Part shown: piece after piece, positions 1-13,085 of the stretch
How the letters are laid out: each line of letters begins with the position of its first letter
Numbering within the stretch: position 1 is the stretch's first letter
Assembly (NCBI GenBank): GCA_043228905.1
Contig: JBHGNT010000003.1
Span: forward strand, 1,054,001-1,118,000
DNA length: 64,000 nucleotides
Source: Azolla caroliniana
Taxonomy: Eukaryota; Plantae; Polypodiophyta
Reading direction: 5' to 3'
Notes under the pieces: generated by a model
Told to the model about the DNA's origin: nothing
Databases searched by the model: none
What the model saw: only the letters and a program-made list of their open reading frames with translations
Made by a program: the position numbers and the translations under genes

Positions 1-3000
1 CGTCTTATCTCACATCGAATTGAGTGTGAACTAAGTTGTCTTGAAGCAATCATTCAAACGACAAACAATGAGATGGGATCTAATGTCATGTATTGATATA
101 TTCAGTTTCCCCATTCGCCAAACAATATGGTTTTGTGCAAAGCTTAAACCTCACGAACTCTCACTCTCACCTCATTAAGATGACCATAATTAAACAAGCT
201 TAAATGTTAAGTACACACACACATGAAGGCACAAGATTACACAAAGTAATACTCACACCTCAGTTAAGAAGGGAAGTCACACAACACATACAAAAGAGGA
301 GTGATTAGGGTTTGACTAATTAACACTTAACTCACAAAAGAGTATATGGGAATGTGGGGGAGAGAGAGCCCAAGCTTAGATTATGAGAGGACAAGAAAAC
401 CAAAGAACCAAGAAGAAGCTAAAAAGTCGACCAAAATAACTTTTATAGCTTTTTACAAGGGGCTTGTCTCATTACGAAAATCAAGTCTTTTATAGCTTTT
501 TACAAAGGGCTTGTCTCCTTTTACATCGAGGTAGTCATTTGTGGCCTAAAGTTCTAGGAACAATTTTGTGTGATCCCCCTTTTTCTTAGTATTACACTTA
601 GTTTAGTACCCATGCCATTGTCGATGTCGATGTTGATGTCTTCGTGGGTCAACAATTGTATGATCAATAATAGTCCAAGATTGTGTCGATATGTGGCTTC
701 TCACCCCCTGGTTAATCGACGATCAAGATCGCGTGATATAATAATGTAGCCATTCCCGTGGGGCCAAAGCATAAAAAGCTTCTTCGATTCATCGCTTTGG
801 GTCCCCCTATCTTTTAGATTTCCAGTTCTCGTGGTTCTATCACTACATACCTTCTTACTTACATAAGCTCATGGAAATCCATTTCGGGCAATGTTTGGGT
901 AATCATTGACTTTTGATGTATCCACAATCATTGCCTCCATGTGGATATCCAAAGAACTATTTCTTTAGATGAAGATTTATAAACATTCAAGGAACTATCT
1001 CTTAAGATGAAGAGTTTGTAGAAATTCAGAAACAGGGAGAGAGAGAGAGAGAGGAGAAAGATGAATTTGATTGATTTAGAATTGTTATGGCTCTTCTCTA
1101 CTAAATTATAGTGAGGCGTGTATTGTTGTTCTTATAGGACAAATGTGTCATTTTGTTTACAACATATGTAGTTGGTCATATGACTCTTCATATCATATAA
1201 CTGTTTTATTTATTTATTTAATTTGTATTATTTTCCTTACATTTTCTAACAGAGTTATATACATACATTCAAGGAACTATTTCTTCAAATGAAGAGTTAT
1301 ATACATTCAAGGCACTTTCTGGCTCCAGGTGTTGGCTAGATGGTATAGATATTGCATACATCTAAAGGTATTTCCCTTTCATGATCTGACATCTTTAAAT
1401 GAATGGTTTGGCTATGGTGAAGAAGAGGAAGAAGTTGATTTTTTTCTCTAACATTGTGAGACATAAAGGCGTTTATCACCTTGTTTGGTGAGAGGTTGGC
1501 TATATAACATGTGTCCTTCCAAGTGTTGAGAAGAGCAGAGTAATTCAGAAGAATCAAGCATATTTTAGTACCAGCATAAGGATCCAACATATTTTAGTAC
1601 CAGTCTTATTATTGTTACCGGAGAAGAAGAAGGAAAGGGAGAATTACCACTAGTCCAAGCTTGGCTATGGCGTGTTTGACCACCACCATTCCTGTAGAGC
1701 TCGCAGTACATGAATCCATTTCCACTCTTTAAATGTTGTTCCAAATTTGCAACGGTAGTAACAAGAGTAGCATTTGGCATTTAGAACCACCCAAGATTGA
1801 CTTCGTGTATTTATTCCTATGCATTGGGATTCAACATCGAGCACAAAATCGTGATTGGGTTTTTTGAACAAGTGGTCTCGGCAAGCGAATACTATCTAAT
1901 CGTTTGAAATCTCTCTAAACCTTTTGCCTTCTTAGCTTCCTTAGCCAGTTTGAAGTAATCACCATACCTATATATAGTTAATTGGAACTCATATAGTGTC
2001 TAAAGTGAGAGGTGAACCAATGGTGTACAAGTTTTGATACCCTTAATCCTGTGGCATGGGAGATGTGTCATTATAATTATTAATGATATGAATGTAAATG
2101 GAGCTTAAAAGTCTATTCTCACCCATTTCTTACTATTGCTCTAAATTGTTGCAATCCATACTTTATCAATGTATCATTTGAACTATTGGAACAAATAGTG
2201 ATTATCACATTATTACATGTTGCGTCCCATGCCCAATCATGGCTATAAATGCACAAAAAGTGATAGGATTGATTCATTAAAAACCACAAAACTTTGTTTT
2301 AGAGCACAAGAAGAAGAAAAGGTTTAGTAGTGTAATATTTGAAGCTCCCTATTTTATTTATTTCAAAATTGATATTTCTTGACCCTTGAGGATGATGTCT
2401 TGGGGTGGTTTGAGTCAAAGCAACCCTACAAGGCTAAAAAAGTGTCATTTGAATTTGTGTGTTTCTAGAATATGTGCAATAAAGATTGATGTCATGCATG
2501 CACACATTTCTTGAACATACACAAGTAATTAAATGATTACATACTGTTAATTTACAAGTTAAGATGGAGTCCAATGGCCCTCATGGACTAATTCTTATAA
2601 TTTACAACCAAATGTAATGTTCACAGTTATGTGCGAGTCTCATTAGTTATTTATTGAAATTATCCATCCTATGTGCGCCTAGAAATGGGATGTAGTTAGC
2701 ATAGAATACTTACCCATCATGGGGCCTCACACTATAAATACAACCTATCATGTAGAAGGAGCTCATTCAATAGAGGCCCGGGAGGGTAACCTAATTGGGC
2801 TCAACTTAACATTGTTGCCCATTACCAGTCAGTTGGTCGCGTCTTCAGGTTCGGAATCTCCTTTACACTAAATGAACACCCTTCATACACTAGGAACTTA
2901 AGCAATTTATGAGAACCACACAACGATCTCACCTTAGTAAACACGGTAATTATATGTGCCATCTAATTATATACATACTTATGATCCCATTAAACAAAGT

Positions 3001-3288
3001 TGATATGATAAAACACATAGGTACAGTTCAACACCAATAAAATTTCTCGAAGAGCCAAGTAGCATCAGTATGTCTTAAGATCTAAACTCTTAAACACAAA
3101 GCTAGAGCAAATCTATTTGCCCATATTAATATACAACGCATTGTAACCAACAACCCAACTTGGCCCACAGTAATAGTACCCTCTTCACAAGCAACACTTC
3201 AACAAAAGTCTAACATGTGGTTCGATTCAAAATGAACTAAAAAGAAAAGGAGAACAAGGGACTGTAAACATCACCAAGGCTCCGATAC

Positions 3289-3826
3289 TTACACAGCAAA
3301 TATAAAGAATCCAATTGAGATGTATAAAAGAAACACAGGATAGACTGCCAAAGCTTTTCTATTCGGAGACACAGCCGCACTCACAAAAGGGTATGCTGCC
3401 CACGAACTCCATGCAAGCGTAATTAGCACAATGATTCCTTTGATGATCACATGACTCTTGAACATGCATACAAGAGCTCCCACATCCAATGGAAATAAAC
3501 AGTATCCTAACAAGCTTAAGCTCTGGAAGAAGATTATATGTCCCCCCTGTAACAACCAAGATGGTGCAAGTATATATTTATAATGATTAGACACAGTTGG
3601 TTAGAGATGTCTAGATGTTGTTCAGATACAGTTAGAGAATGTCTGGCTTTCTTTTAAAAGTTATTCTGTTGAGTTCTTTCTTATCCTTTTTAACTTTTAT
3701 CTAGAGTTTTTACTGCTGAAAAATATAATTTACCAGTAGAAGAACATTTAACGTCAAAACAATAGCTCCAGCTGCAAGCACAGCAAAAACCACTGCAAAT
3801 ACCTTGGACTGCACATTTCAAAAACT

Positions 3827-3896
<70 letters not shown>

Positions 3897-6800
3897 AGTC
3901 TCATTCATTAGGGCTTTACTCAAGTGGTAAGTCAAGCTTTAACTAACTGCAACCAGGTTCAAAAATCTCACTATATGCACTACTTTATTAAATGCAAGGC
4001 CTCATTATCTCTCTAGTAAATCCGAAGACACCCAATTTCGTAATGGTGATTTATCATAGGCTGAACTCTTGTAGACATTAATAAATCTTCTTTCTTTCTT
4101 CTCTATTTACCACCCCATATGCAATATTTAATCTCGGGGGATGATAATTAAAATCTAGATATTTTTAACTTATCTGAAATGTACAGCATTTCACACTCAA
4201 CAGGAAAATGGCTCTCCTATTCCATCACTCGGTCTACACCAACTTCAGGCATTCATAATCAATAGTTAATGTCCAGCAGCACATCTTACACAAATACACT
4301 AACTTAGACTACAGATGTCTCCATCATTTGAAGGTACATGTTGGTTGTTGAAGCCAAATTGACAAACTAGTGTCATATAAGTGCCGGGAAGGTTATACCA
4401 TGCATGTCCAGCTATGTAGTTATTTCTTCAGTGCTTCATGACATATCAAACTCTAAGAATTCAGTATACCAACCTAAGCCCTAACCACTAGACTAACCAG
4501 AAAGGGAACCTTTCTTCCTCAGTATCTCTTGATGTCACCTCAGGGTCTATTGAACCGCATCATACTCAGGGATGTTCCTCGAAACAGGAGTGAGACTCAT
4601 CAAATAGTGGCTGATGAGAGTCCACCCATAAGTGGGTGGTGTCACAGCCATGTCACAGTTAAGAGTAAAGGACATGGAAGAGACACATTGCCTGCTGCCC
4701 CAAGCTTGGGATGCTAACAGCAAAACACAGAATACATATAGAAGCAAAATCTTCTATTCTAGTTGGGCACACGATACATAAATGGTTTAGGAGATTCAAT
4801 GTAGCAACACTACTTGAGTGATACAATGACAATATGCTCTCAATAAACATCAAATCTTGTCTTGTAGATGTACTCACAACCAAATGGAACCAGGATGCCA
4901 GAATAGTAAATTGCAATACTAGTACACTTAAACACCACATGTTGGGAAGCTTACAAGTAATACACAGGAACACACCCAACCGCATCTTCTCACCCCCATG
5001 CCTTTAAAGCAAGAAAGGCAACCCTCCTCCTCAGCACTCAGTCTTAATCTTGCACAGAGAGGACTAACAAAGGAAACTGCACCTGTACACTATGCATTCC
5101 TTGCCATCTGGCAATGCTTCCCATAATCAATGACTGCAAGTACCAACCCCGCACAATTGCTCCCAAATCAGATACACCAACCCTGCCTCCTATCAGTGAC
5201 CTTTAGGAAATACATGTGCCACATGTAGCTACACCCTATGCACCTGCAGAGGAGAGTTTGTAGCACACTCTTTGGATCCTATAGGTCATGTTTCTTGTCT
5301 TCTGAGTGAGTTAAATCATGATCTCTCTCATAAATAAGAGTCTGCAGGTATAGCTATCATGAGGAACAGAGGCAAACCACCAACCAATTCAAGCATGATA
5401 TTCTAGCAACAGAACATCGGAGACTAACAAAGAATAGAAAACGTTCTTCTAGTTGGGCAAATGGTATGCAAACTGTGAAAGAGACAGAGTCCAGTGAGGA
5501 TAAGTTTGAATCAGAAATCACCATCTACACACCTGTAGTCATGATCTTAAAATTGAAAATAGAGCATGGAGCGGCCTGGAACCCAAGGATAAAGGTAAAG
5601 AGCACTTCAAATTACAATCCAAAGCATACACTAAAGTTGAAAGATGTTTCCAATCATCTATCACTCGCTGCATCAACCTCACACAACCTCGCATCAGACA
5701 TAATCACCCCCCACATTCTACACTATATGCTCACTATTTAAGAACATGGAAGCAAAATCGCAGCATATGAACCAAACAGAATAACGCCATGTGTTAGCAT
5801 GGCATAGCTTTTTTGTAACAATGTTCATAGGTTCCATGGATTACATAACTGGTCTCCCAGGAACAATAATATGCCATCATCTCTCTAATACACACAAAGT
5901 TACTGACTTGTTGCAAAAATTTCTACAAACATTTTCCTTTCCAAAAACAGTTTATTCAAAGCAAACCCAGGACTTGAAAATGCATATTCATTCTTAGAAG
6001 GCTAGTCATGAACACTAAGTTTCCACACATCTTTTCCATGCAATCAGCTTATAAAAGCAAATGCACACACCACTTTGTTACGATAATATAGAGGGTTAAA
6101 ATAATAATAATCTTCTTCTAGTTCTTAAAATCCTAGATATTTTCCACACTATTTAAGATCGATCTATCGATTAAAATACAGGAAGCAATATTGTATAGAT
6201 CAGAAGAAATACATTTTCATTTGGATCACCTTAGAAATGGAAATTATGCAATTAGATAACGTAGATCAAAATGTGTTTTCATTGAATTTTTCCATGAGAG
6301 TTTCCTTCTGTTTACTGCTAAAGAAAATGTATACATCCACAAGAATACTTATTATCTTTTGACGGCTAGTTCTCAAATCTTTGTTTTTTGGCGGATCCTT
6401 TAAATTTCTCCATTCAAGTTGGACCATGTTACAAAAGAAGTTGTAGAGCCATGTATGCCAAAATTATAATAAATATACATTATCAGTAGAGATCTTCTAC
6501 ATTTGAATTTGGATTGGTTTACAAATGAAAATGCAAACATGGAACAAACTAGCCACAAGGTTTTTTATCCAAGTTGAAAATGAAGGTATAATTTCCTGGG
6601 AGTATTTATTTTGTCAAAAACTGATCTGGAACATTACCTACTCATTCAAATCTTTCATGTCGCTGACAGTTCTAGCACTTACTGATAGCAAAGACAGAAT
6701 TATTCTTCATTTCAGAAATGATTTGTTTCTAGTGGATCTTATCCATGCAATTGGCTTACAAATGGAAATGCATACAGCCAGACAATATATAGATGAAATC

Positions 6801-8357
6801 TACCAGAGATGAAGATTCTTCGTCCTTTAAAGGGCAACCTCTGAAATATTTGTGTTTTCCTAGATTTATCAGCTTATTAAAATGCCTTGATAAAAATAGC
6901 TTCATTGAAGAACGCTAGTTACAAATATTGTGAGTTTTCATGGATCCGTTAGCTTACAAATGAAATTGCATGGATCAAAATAGAGTCTTCCTAAAAGGAT
7001 AGTTCAGGAAACTGCATGTTTTTGATGGATCTTTTCCACTAAAGTTTGGATCTTCTAACAAATGAAAATGCATACAGACAGATTGCATATATCTAAACGT
7101 CCAGAAGACTTACATCAACTATACTTGCAGATACAAGACAACAAAGAAGAAATATTATTCACTGGTGAAAGGTTCGTTCCGAGATCTTTGTATTTTCATG
7201 GATGAAGGCTAGTTCTTAGAATCTTTGCCTTTTTGTTGATCTGTTCCGAGAATTTTTGTGCTTCATAGATCCTTTACACACAATCAGTTACAAACAAAGA
7301 TGCAGTGTAGAAGAAAACAGCTAGAATAGGATTCTACATTCTCAAAAAGCTTCTTCTGAAAAACTGTGTTTTTTAATGCCTGTTTGCTTTGGTTTACAAG
7401 TTAAAAATGCGTGAATTTGGACAATGAATAAAAATGATCATTCCACAAGGCTTTTTATGGATCTTCTCCATATGATCGAAACAGAAAAGTAGAGAAAACA
7501 GCCATACAATGCACAGAGAAAAATCAGAAAACAATCTGAGAAAAAGAACTACATTATCTGAAGATGCAGAATATGAGACGGCGGAACTTTAGGACGAAGA
7601 ATTCACACTCTTCTTTAGATACGAGACTTAGTTCTGAGAAATATTTGCAGTTGCCTTACGGATCTTTTCTATACGATCTGCTAACATGTAAAAGCTCATA
7701 CATGACAACCGAAAGAGATCAAAACAGAAGAAACGTATACTATCTTCGGAAACAGAATGTGATACGGACATTCCAAGGATGACAATGAAGAAGAACGAAA
7801 GGCCGATCAAAACAGATGAAAAAGAAGAAGCTTACATTATCTGAGGACGCTGAATACGATACAGCAATTCCAAGGAAGACGATGAAGAAGAAAGGTCCCC
7901 ATAGGTCCCAGTCACGCAAAGCTCGACCAGGATCTTCTCGATAAGGATTTGGGAACACAACAAGACGAAGATTTGCGGCAACACGAGCGAGATCGCGCTT
8001 CACAGTATGCCAGACAGGTTCAGTCAGGGTGCTCGCATTCGGTCCACCGCCAAATCCAAGAGGAGCATTGGATCCGAAATTAGGGACAGCAGAAGACGGA
8101 TCGGAAGAAACGTTAGGTTTAGGGTTGGGAGGAGAAGAAAGCTTGGGAGGAGAAGGATTGACGGGAGGGATGGGGAGATACGACGATGAACCGGATGGGG
8201 TGATAGGTATGGAAGCTCGTGGAGGGCTTGGAGGTCTTGCAGGGGGTACAGAGCCAGGGATCTGGAGAGGCGATGGAGAAGCAGAGGAGGTCTGGTTGTG
8301 CTGGAAAAGACTCTCAATCTCGTCTATGTCAGACTGTGAGGATGCCTGCACAGACAT
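3289..8357 (-). CDS. YIP4: Yip1-domain Golgi/TGN membrane protein (YIP4/YIPF6-like), 3 exons, 284 aa
   Basis: Exons 8357-7836, 3808-3734 and 3546-3289, all with GT-AG boundaries and in frame (855 nt). Motifs [69 protein letters not shown]. Pro/Ser-rich N-terminus. Confidence 0.93.
3825..3892. repeat. (TC)n/(GA)n microsatellite, ~31 units, in YIP4 intron 1
   Basis: Perfect TC run at 3831-3892. Confidence 0.97.
6230..7420. repeat. Degenerate repeat array in YIP4 intron 1
   Basis: About 9 recurrences of a TTACAAATGAAAATGCA-like core (e.g. near 6518, 6755, 6953, 7057, 7288), often preceded by GCTAGTT...GGATC. Confidence 0.6.
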
Positions 8358-8389
8358 CTCTTCCCTTCCTTCTTCTTCCTGCTTCCTTC

Positions 8390-8450
8390 TTCCTCCTTCT
8401 TCTTCTTCTTCTTCTTCTTCTTCTTCTTCCTTCGTCTCTCTCTCTCTCTC
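8390..8450. repeat. (CTT)n plus (CT)n simple repeats immediately upstream of the YIP4 ATG
   Basis: TCTTCTTCT run then CTCTCT run. Confidence 0.85.
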
Positions 8451-8469
8451 TGGTTTTTCTCTGACCTTC

Positions 8470-9450
8470 TCTCTCTAGCTCCTTGGATTCACCTCTCTCT
8501 CTCTCTCTCTAGATTAAAGATGCCTTGCATTTCTCTCTCTAGATTAAGGTTGATCTTCTCTCTCTAGATTAAGGTTGATAATGCCTCATAATATCTCTCT
8601 CTAGATTAAGGTTGATCTTCTCTCTCTAGATTAAGGTTGATAATGCCCCATAATCTCTCTCTAGATTAAGGTTGATATGCCCTGTAATCTCTCTCTCTAG
8701 TTTTTCTCTTACCTTCTACTTCTAGCTCCCTTGGATCCACCCCTCTCTCTCTAGATTAAGGATGCCCTTAATCTAGAGGAGAGTGTGTACTTAATCTCTC
8801 TTACCTTCTACTTCTAGCCCCCTTGGATCCACCCTCTCTCTCTCTCTAGATTAAGGATGTCCTCTCTCTAGATTAAAGACAGCCTTTCTAGATTAAGCAT
8901 GATATATGCCCCCGCATCTCAAGGACATTGTCGGTTTCTCTCTCTAGAATAAAGGGTGCCATCAAGGGGATGCCCTTAATCTAGAGGAGAGTGTGTCCTT
9001 AACATCTTTATATTATTGGAAGGGCATCTCTCTAGGTTATAGATGCCCTCACATTTCTCCCTCTAGATTAAGTACTCCCTCTCTTTGGATCAAGGTCTAT
9101 CTCTAAATCAAGGATTAGATGACCCTGGACCTCTCTAGATAAAGGACACCATCAAGTTTCTCTCTCTAGATTTAGGGCGCCATTGGGTTTTCGTCCCTAG
9201 ATTAGAGGCAACCTTGGATCTCTCTCTTTGGATTAGGGGTGTCATTGCATCTCTGTCTATCTAGATTAAGGAAAATATTGAGTTTCTCTCTCTAGATTAA
9301 GAGCATCGTTGGCTTCTCCCTAGATTAGGGCCTCATGTCTCTCACTTTGGATTACGAATACTCATCACTTCCCTCTCTCTCTAGATTAATGACAATGCCA
9401 ACTTCTCTCTCTAGATTAAGGGCTTCGTTCGCTTCTCTCTCTAGATTAGC
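8470..9450. repeat. Array of ~20-25 copies of (CT)nCTAGATTAAG with variable spacers, upstream of YIP4
   Basis: Motif recurs every ~20-70 bp, with two inverted copies (CTTAATCTAGAG near 8767 and 8975). Confidence 0.9.
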
Positions 9451-9967
9451 AAAAAAGAGAGGAGCAAAGAGTAATGATTATCAAGGTTGCTTCGTTTGCT
9501 TGAGGAGTGGTGATGAAATGGACCAGGTTATAAGGTACCCCACAAGGGATGTTTGTTGATCCCTCTTGAGAAGACTACGTATCTCGAGTTTCTCTCTAAA
9601 GTTTATCGTCGTTGGATTCATGTCTCTGCATTGATTGATCACATAGGATGTGCCTTCAAGGGATGGTGTATCTTAGAGTAGGGAAGAGAGACAAGTGTAA
9701 CAAGAAGATCGTGGTTTGTTGATGCAAGCCAAGTCAGTTGGTCAACTCCCACTCAATCAAGCTTTAGAAATATGCAACAGTGTCCGTGAGAAATTGTGTC
9801 GATTAAGTTTGTTTTTCTTTTCTTCTCTATCTAGTAGTCCTAGTTTTTAGTGTCATTGTTTAGTTTGTTTCCTACTACATACTATCTACAATCACTTTCT
9901 TTCCTTCTTTTCGATTTATATTACTAGTTGTCGCAATCGTCGAAGAGAGAAGGATATTATGATGTTT

Positions 9968-10255
9968 GTTAGATTGTAAGGTTGTATTATATAGTCTCCT
10001 ATGAAGATGTGGAGTCATGTGATCATCTAACATTGTAAAGTCTTGAGAGGTTTTATGCATCGATGTTCGTTAGGTTGTAAGGTTGCAATGTAAAGTCTTC
10101 TATGAGGAAAGTCCTATGATCACGTGACATTGTAAACTCTTGACAGGTTTTACTTATTCATGTTACTTAGATTGTAAGGTTGTGTTGTAAAGTTTCCTTT
10201 GAGCATGTCGACTCATCACGTCACATTTGTAAAGTCTCGAGAGGTTGTATGCTTT
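9968..10255. repeat. Three degenerate ~100-bp tandem copies
   Basis: TTAG(A/G)TTGTAAGGTTG at ~9969, ~10070 and ~10167, each followed by ...ACATTGTAAA(G/C)TCT...GAGGTT. Confidence 0.75.
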
Positions 10256-11229
10256 CTTCGTTTACGAGATATTTAAATGTTGGGGTAGACCAATGTAATT
10301 CGTATGGCATATATCCATAGTTAGCTAACATGTATCTCTCAAACCCTTAGTCTTGTGAGTTGAACCAATGTCCATTACCTAATCCAACCTTGTTCCTCAA
10401 ACATCCACCCACCCTTCCTCTCTTCTTCATCCTCCAATATGATCGGAGATCTTATCCTCTCTTCAAACCTCTACATTCTCATCCGACCCGCTCGTCCTCA
10501 AACTTCATCCAATCCATCCCCCTCATCCTCGATATCCTCTTATCTGCTCACAATCCACTCCTTTGCACGTATGCACATCCTCACTTTTTGGTTGTCTCAT
10601 GCTCATGAATGACACTAGAACAATGTCTTTTTTTCACTCATGCTTTGGGGTTCAAAATATTTACTTTCCTTGTCATGTTGGTTTTCTAGAGTAAGAACTT
10701 TGGTCTTCTAGAGTAAGATCCACTATGACACAAATGTTTTGAGTGAGTGTACAAGCACGAAGCATAAATTACAAGAATGAATGAACTAAAATCTAGGTTG
10801 CACCCATAGTAAAAGCAAATAAGATGAGTACAAAAATAATGTTCAAGTGCTATGATGTGAAATTTGAGCCATGTGTTCTCTAACCTTGGAGACAAAACCC
10901 GATTAGAAATGTTCATAAAGATAAATGTACCAAAACCGATGACAATGGATGATTTAAAACTACAAACTTTTGCTTAGTGATTAATTGTTCTCCTTTTGAA
11001 TCAACTATTGATTGTCCTTGTTTCCCCAACCTATTGATATTTCCCCGATAACTTATACACAACCTTGGAAGAGATAGGAAGCATGGACAATGTACTTGCT
11101 CTAGTATTGCAAGTACTCTCTCAAGAGGAAAATATATATTACTTGATAATATAAGCAATCATGATGCTTCGGGAGGGGGTTGAGTAGGAACATGTCTTAT
11201 GTTCCAAGCTTGTTTTGGCGGTCTATGAT

Positions 11230-11920
11230 CATATATATTCTTGACTTTTGTGATATACTTGTATACTCTTATCATGACTAGTACCTCGATGGGCCGAGCA
11301 CATGTTTCTAATTACATGACAACATAGGATGTTGATGATTTTCCCCCAAATTGTCTACATAAGAACATTTTGGGGGTTTTCTCTATTTCATTCCATGCAT
11401 TAAGTGAGATGACGCCAACCCACACTTCCACTCCATAAAGCAACACTTGGACCACCATACCATTGAATAACATAAATCTCACTTACCATCCTCAAGAACC
11501 ACTTTGGTTGCATTGATTCTCAAACATATAATATCTACTCCAACCCGCTTGATGTCTAGACTCATAGCATACATTCAACCTATTTGTCGATGATACGTTA
11601 ATACCAATATATTTGAAGCTTTGCACCACTTGCATTAGTTCTCCCTTGCATGCAAAAGTGGGGTTGTGTCTTGGTCATATCACCTTTATTGCCGTCATTT
11701 TTTGTTTTCTCCACAGTAATAGCTAGCCCATTGATTTGACAAAATGTGTCCAATAGGTTAACTGAGTGTTGCATATCGTCCAAATTACATGTGAATAAAA
11801 CAACGTCATCAACATATAGAAGTATAAAATAAACTCGTGCATGAGTTTTGGGTCACCCAATTCTTCTTCTTTTGCAACCTTGTTTACTATTTCTTCAAGT
11901 TTGATAGATGCACAAACCAA
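11230..11920 (-). mobile_element. Decayed non-LTR retrotransposon (LINE) reverse-transcriptase fragment
   Basis: Minus-strand translation gives ILLYVDDVVLF...LDTFCQINGLAITVEKTK, QSFKYIG and QVLLYGVEVW...NAWNEIEK (RT domains 5-7 and thumb), with frameshifts. Confidence 0.75.
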
Positions 11921-12433
11921 AGAGTGTGGGATATATTGGCCCCCCATTGCTTTGCTCAACAAGTACTTCCAAAAACCATGGTCATTTTCAAATGGGCACG
12001 ACAACTTGTTCATACAATCATGCTACAATTGCGCCATACTTTGATGGCATTTTTATGTCTATCATTCTTTTATCCGAAGGCTCACTCACTCTTGGTTACC
12101 ATATTAAAGGCGTTCTTGAAGTTCACAAACTAATGATCAAACATTTTCCCTAGAAGTCAATTTTCTTCCACAATAACTCTCAGTGTAATCAAATGATCGA
12201 CAATTGAATTGTTTTGGCGTAAAGCTCGATTGACCAAGCACTTTATTTATGATGATGTTCAACCCATGAGATAATCTTTTGCTCCACAATAGTGCTCTAT
12301 AACCTGGCCATAACTGAACTAAACCATGACGACAGTTCGATTCCAAAATTTGATCTCCTCTTTCATGGATTGGTTTAATCCAATTCAGGAGATAGAGGCG
12401 AATCACGAGGGAAACCTTGCTTGATTTAGCTTG

Positions 12434-12723
12434 ATCCATGATACGGCATATAATACTAGCAATTTAGCAAAGGCCTATGTATGTATATTGGGGGCTATAT
12501 TTGTAAATTTTCGAAAGGTCTATATTTGTAGTTTTGATAAAGTGAGTGAGCCCAAGACTAACAATCGGCAACAGTTCAATTTCATCCATGATAGGGCATA
12601 TAATACTAGCAATTTAGCAAAGGTTTATGTATGTATATTGGGGGCTATATTTGTAAAGTTTCAAAAGGTCTATATTTGTAGTTTTGATAAAGTGAGTGAG
12701 CCCAAGACTAACAATCGGCAACA
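12434..12723. repeat. 150-bp-period tandem duplication that includes the MITE left TSD and TIR
   Basis: ATCCATGATA...CCCAAGACTAACAATCGGCAACA starting at 12434 and at 12584. Confidence 0.92.
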
Positions 12724-13085
12724 CCGAACCGCGAAACAACGGCTTAATAGTTCGGTTTAGTTTCAATAGTCAAAAACTGTGGCGTAATGGTTTGGTTTAG
12801 TTTCAATAGTCAGAAACTGCGGTTCAAATGATTTAATGTTTTTTTTTTTAAATTGTAAAAAATTGTTTTTAAACAATCTTTTCATTTTTAGACCTTATTC
12901 TTACATTTTAGGAACATCTTCAAAATTTTAACTTTGACCTAAGTTGAAAACTAAAACCGAACCACGAAACCGCGGTTTTAATGGTTTGAAAAAGGTTTTA
13001 ACGGTTCGGTTCGGTCAGGGTTAAAAAAGTTTAAACGGTTCGGTTTTGACCCTCTCAAACCGAACCGAACCGTTGCCGATTGTTA
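12709..13085. mobile_element. Non-autonomous hAT-type DNA transposon (MITE), 377 bp
   Basis: TIRs TAACAATCGGCAAC / GTTGCCGATTGTTA. 8-bp TSD CCCAAGAC at 12701-12708 and 13086-13093. Subterminal AACCG/CGGTT repeats. No ORF. Confidence 0.88.

Noticed and set aside
441-1312. Short direct repeats (TTTTATAGCTTTTTACAA x2, CAAGGAACTAT...GATGAAGA x3-4)
   Set aside because: Ordinary local slippage duplications with no TIR, TSD or larger structure.
1336-1970. Short ORFs that could be a gene relic
   Set aside because: No recognisable motif or consistent splice structure.
3690-3935. ORF with a poly-ER tract
   Set aside because: Translation of the GA microsatellite. The real exon 2 uses another frame.
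8470-9450. CRISPR-like repeat/spacer appearance
   Set aside because: Eukaryotic context, repeats degenerate and microsatellite-based, spacers of irregular length and duplicated, no cas genes.
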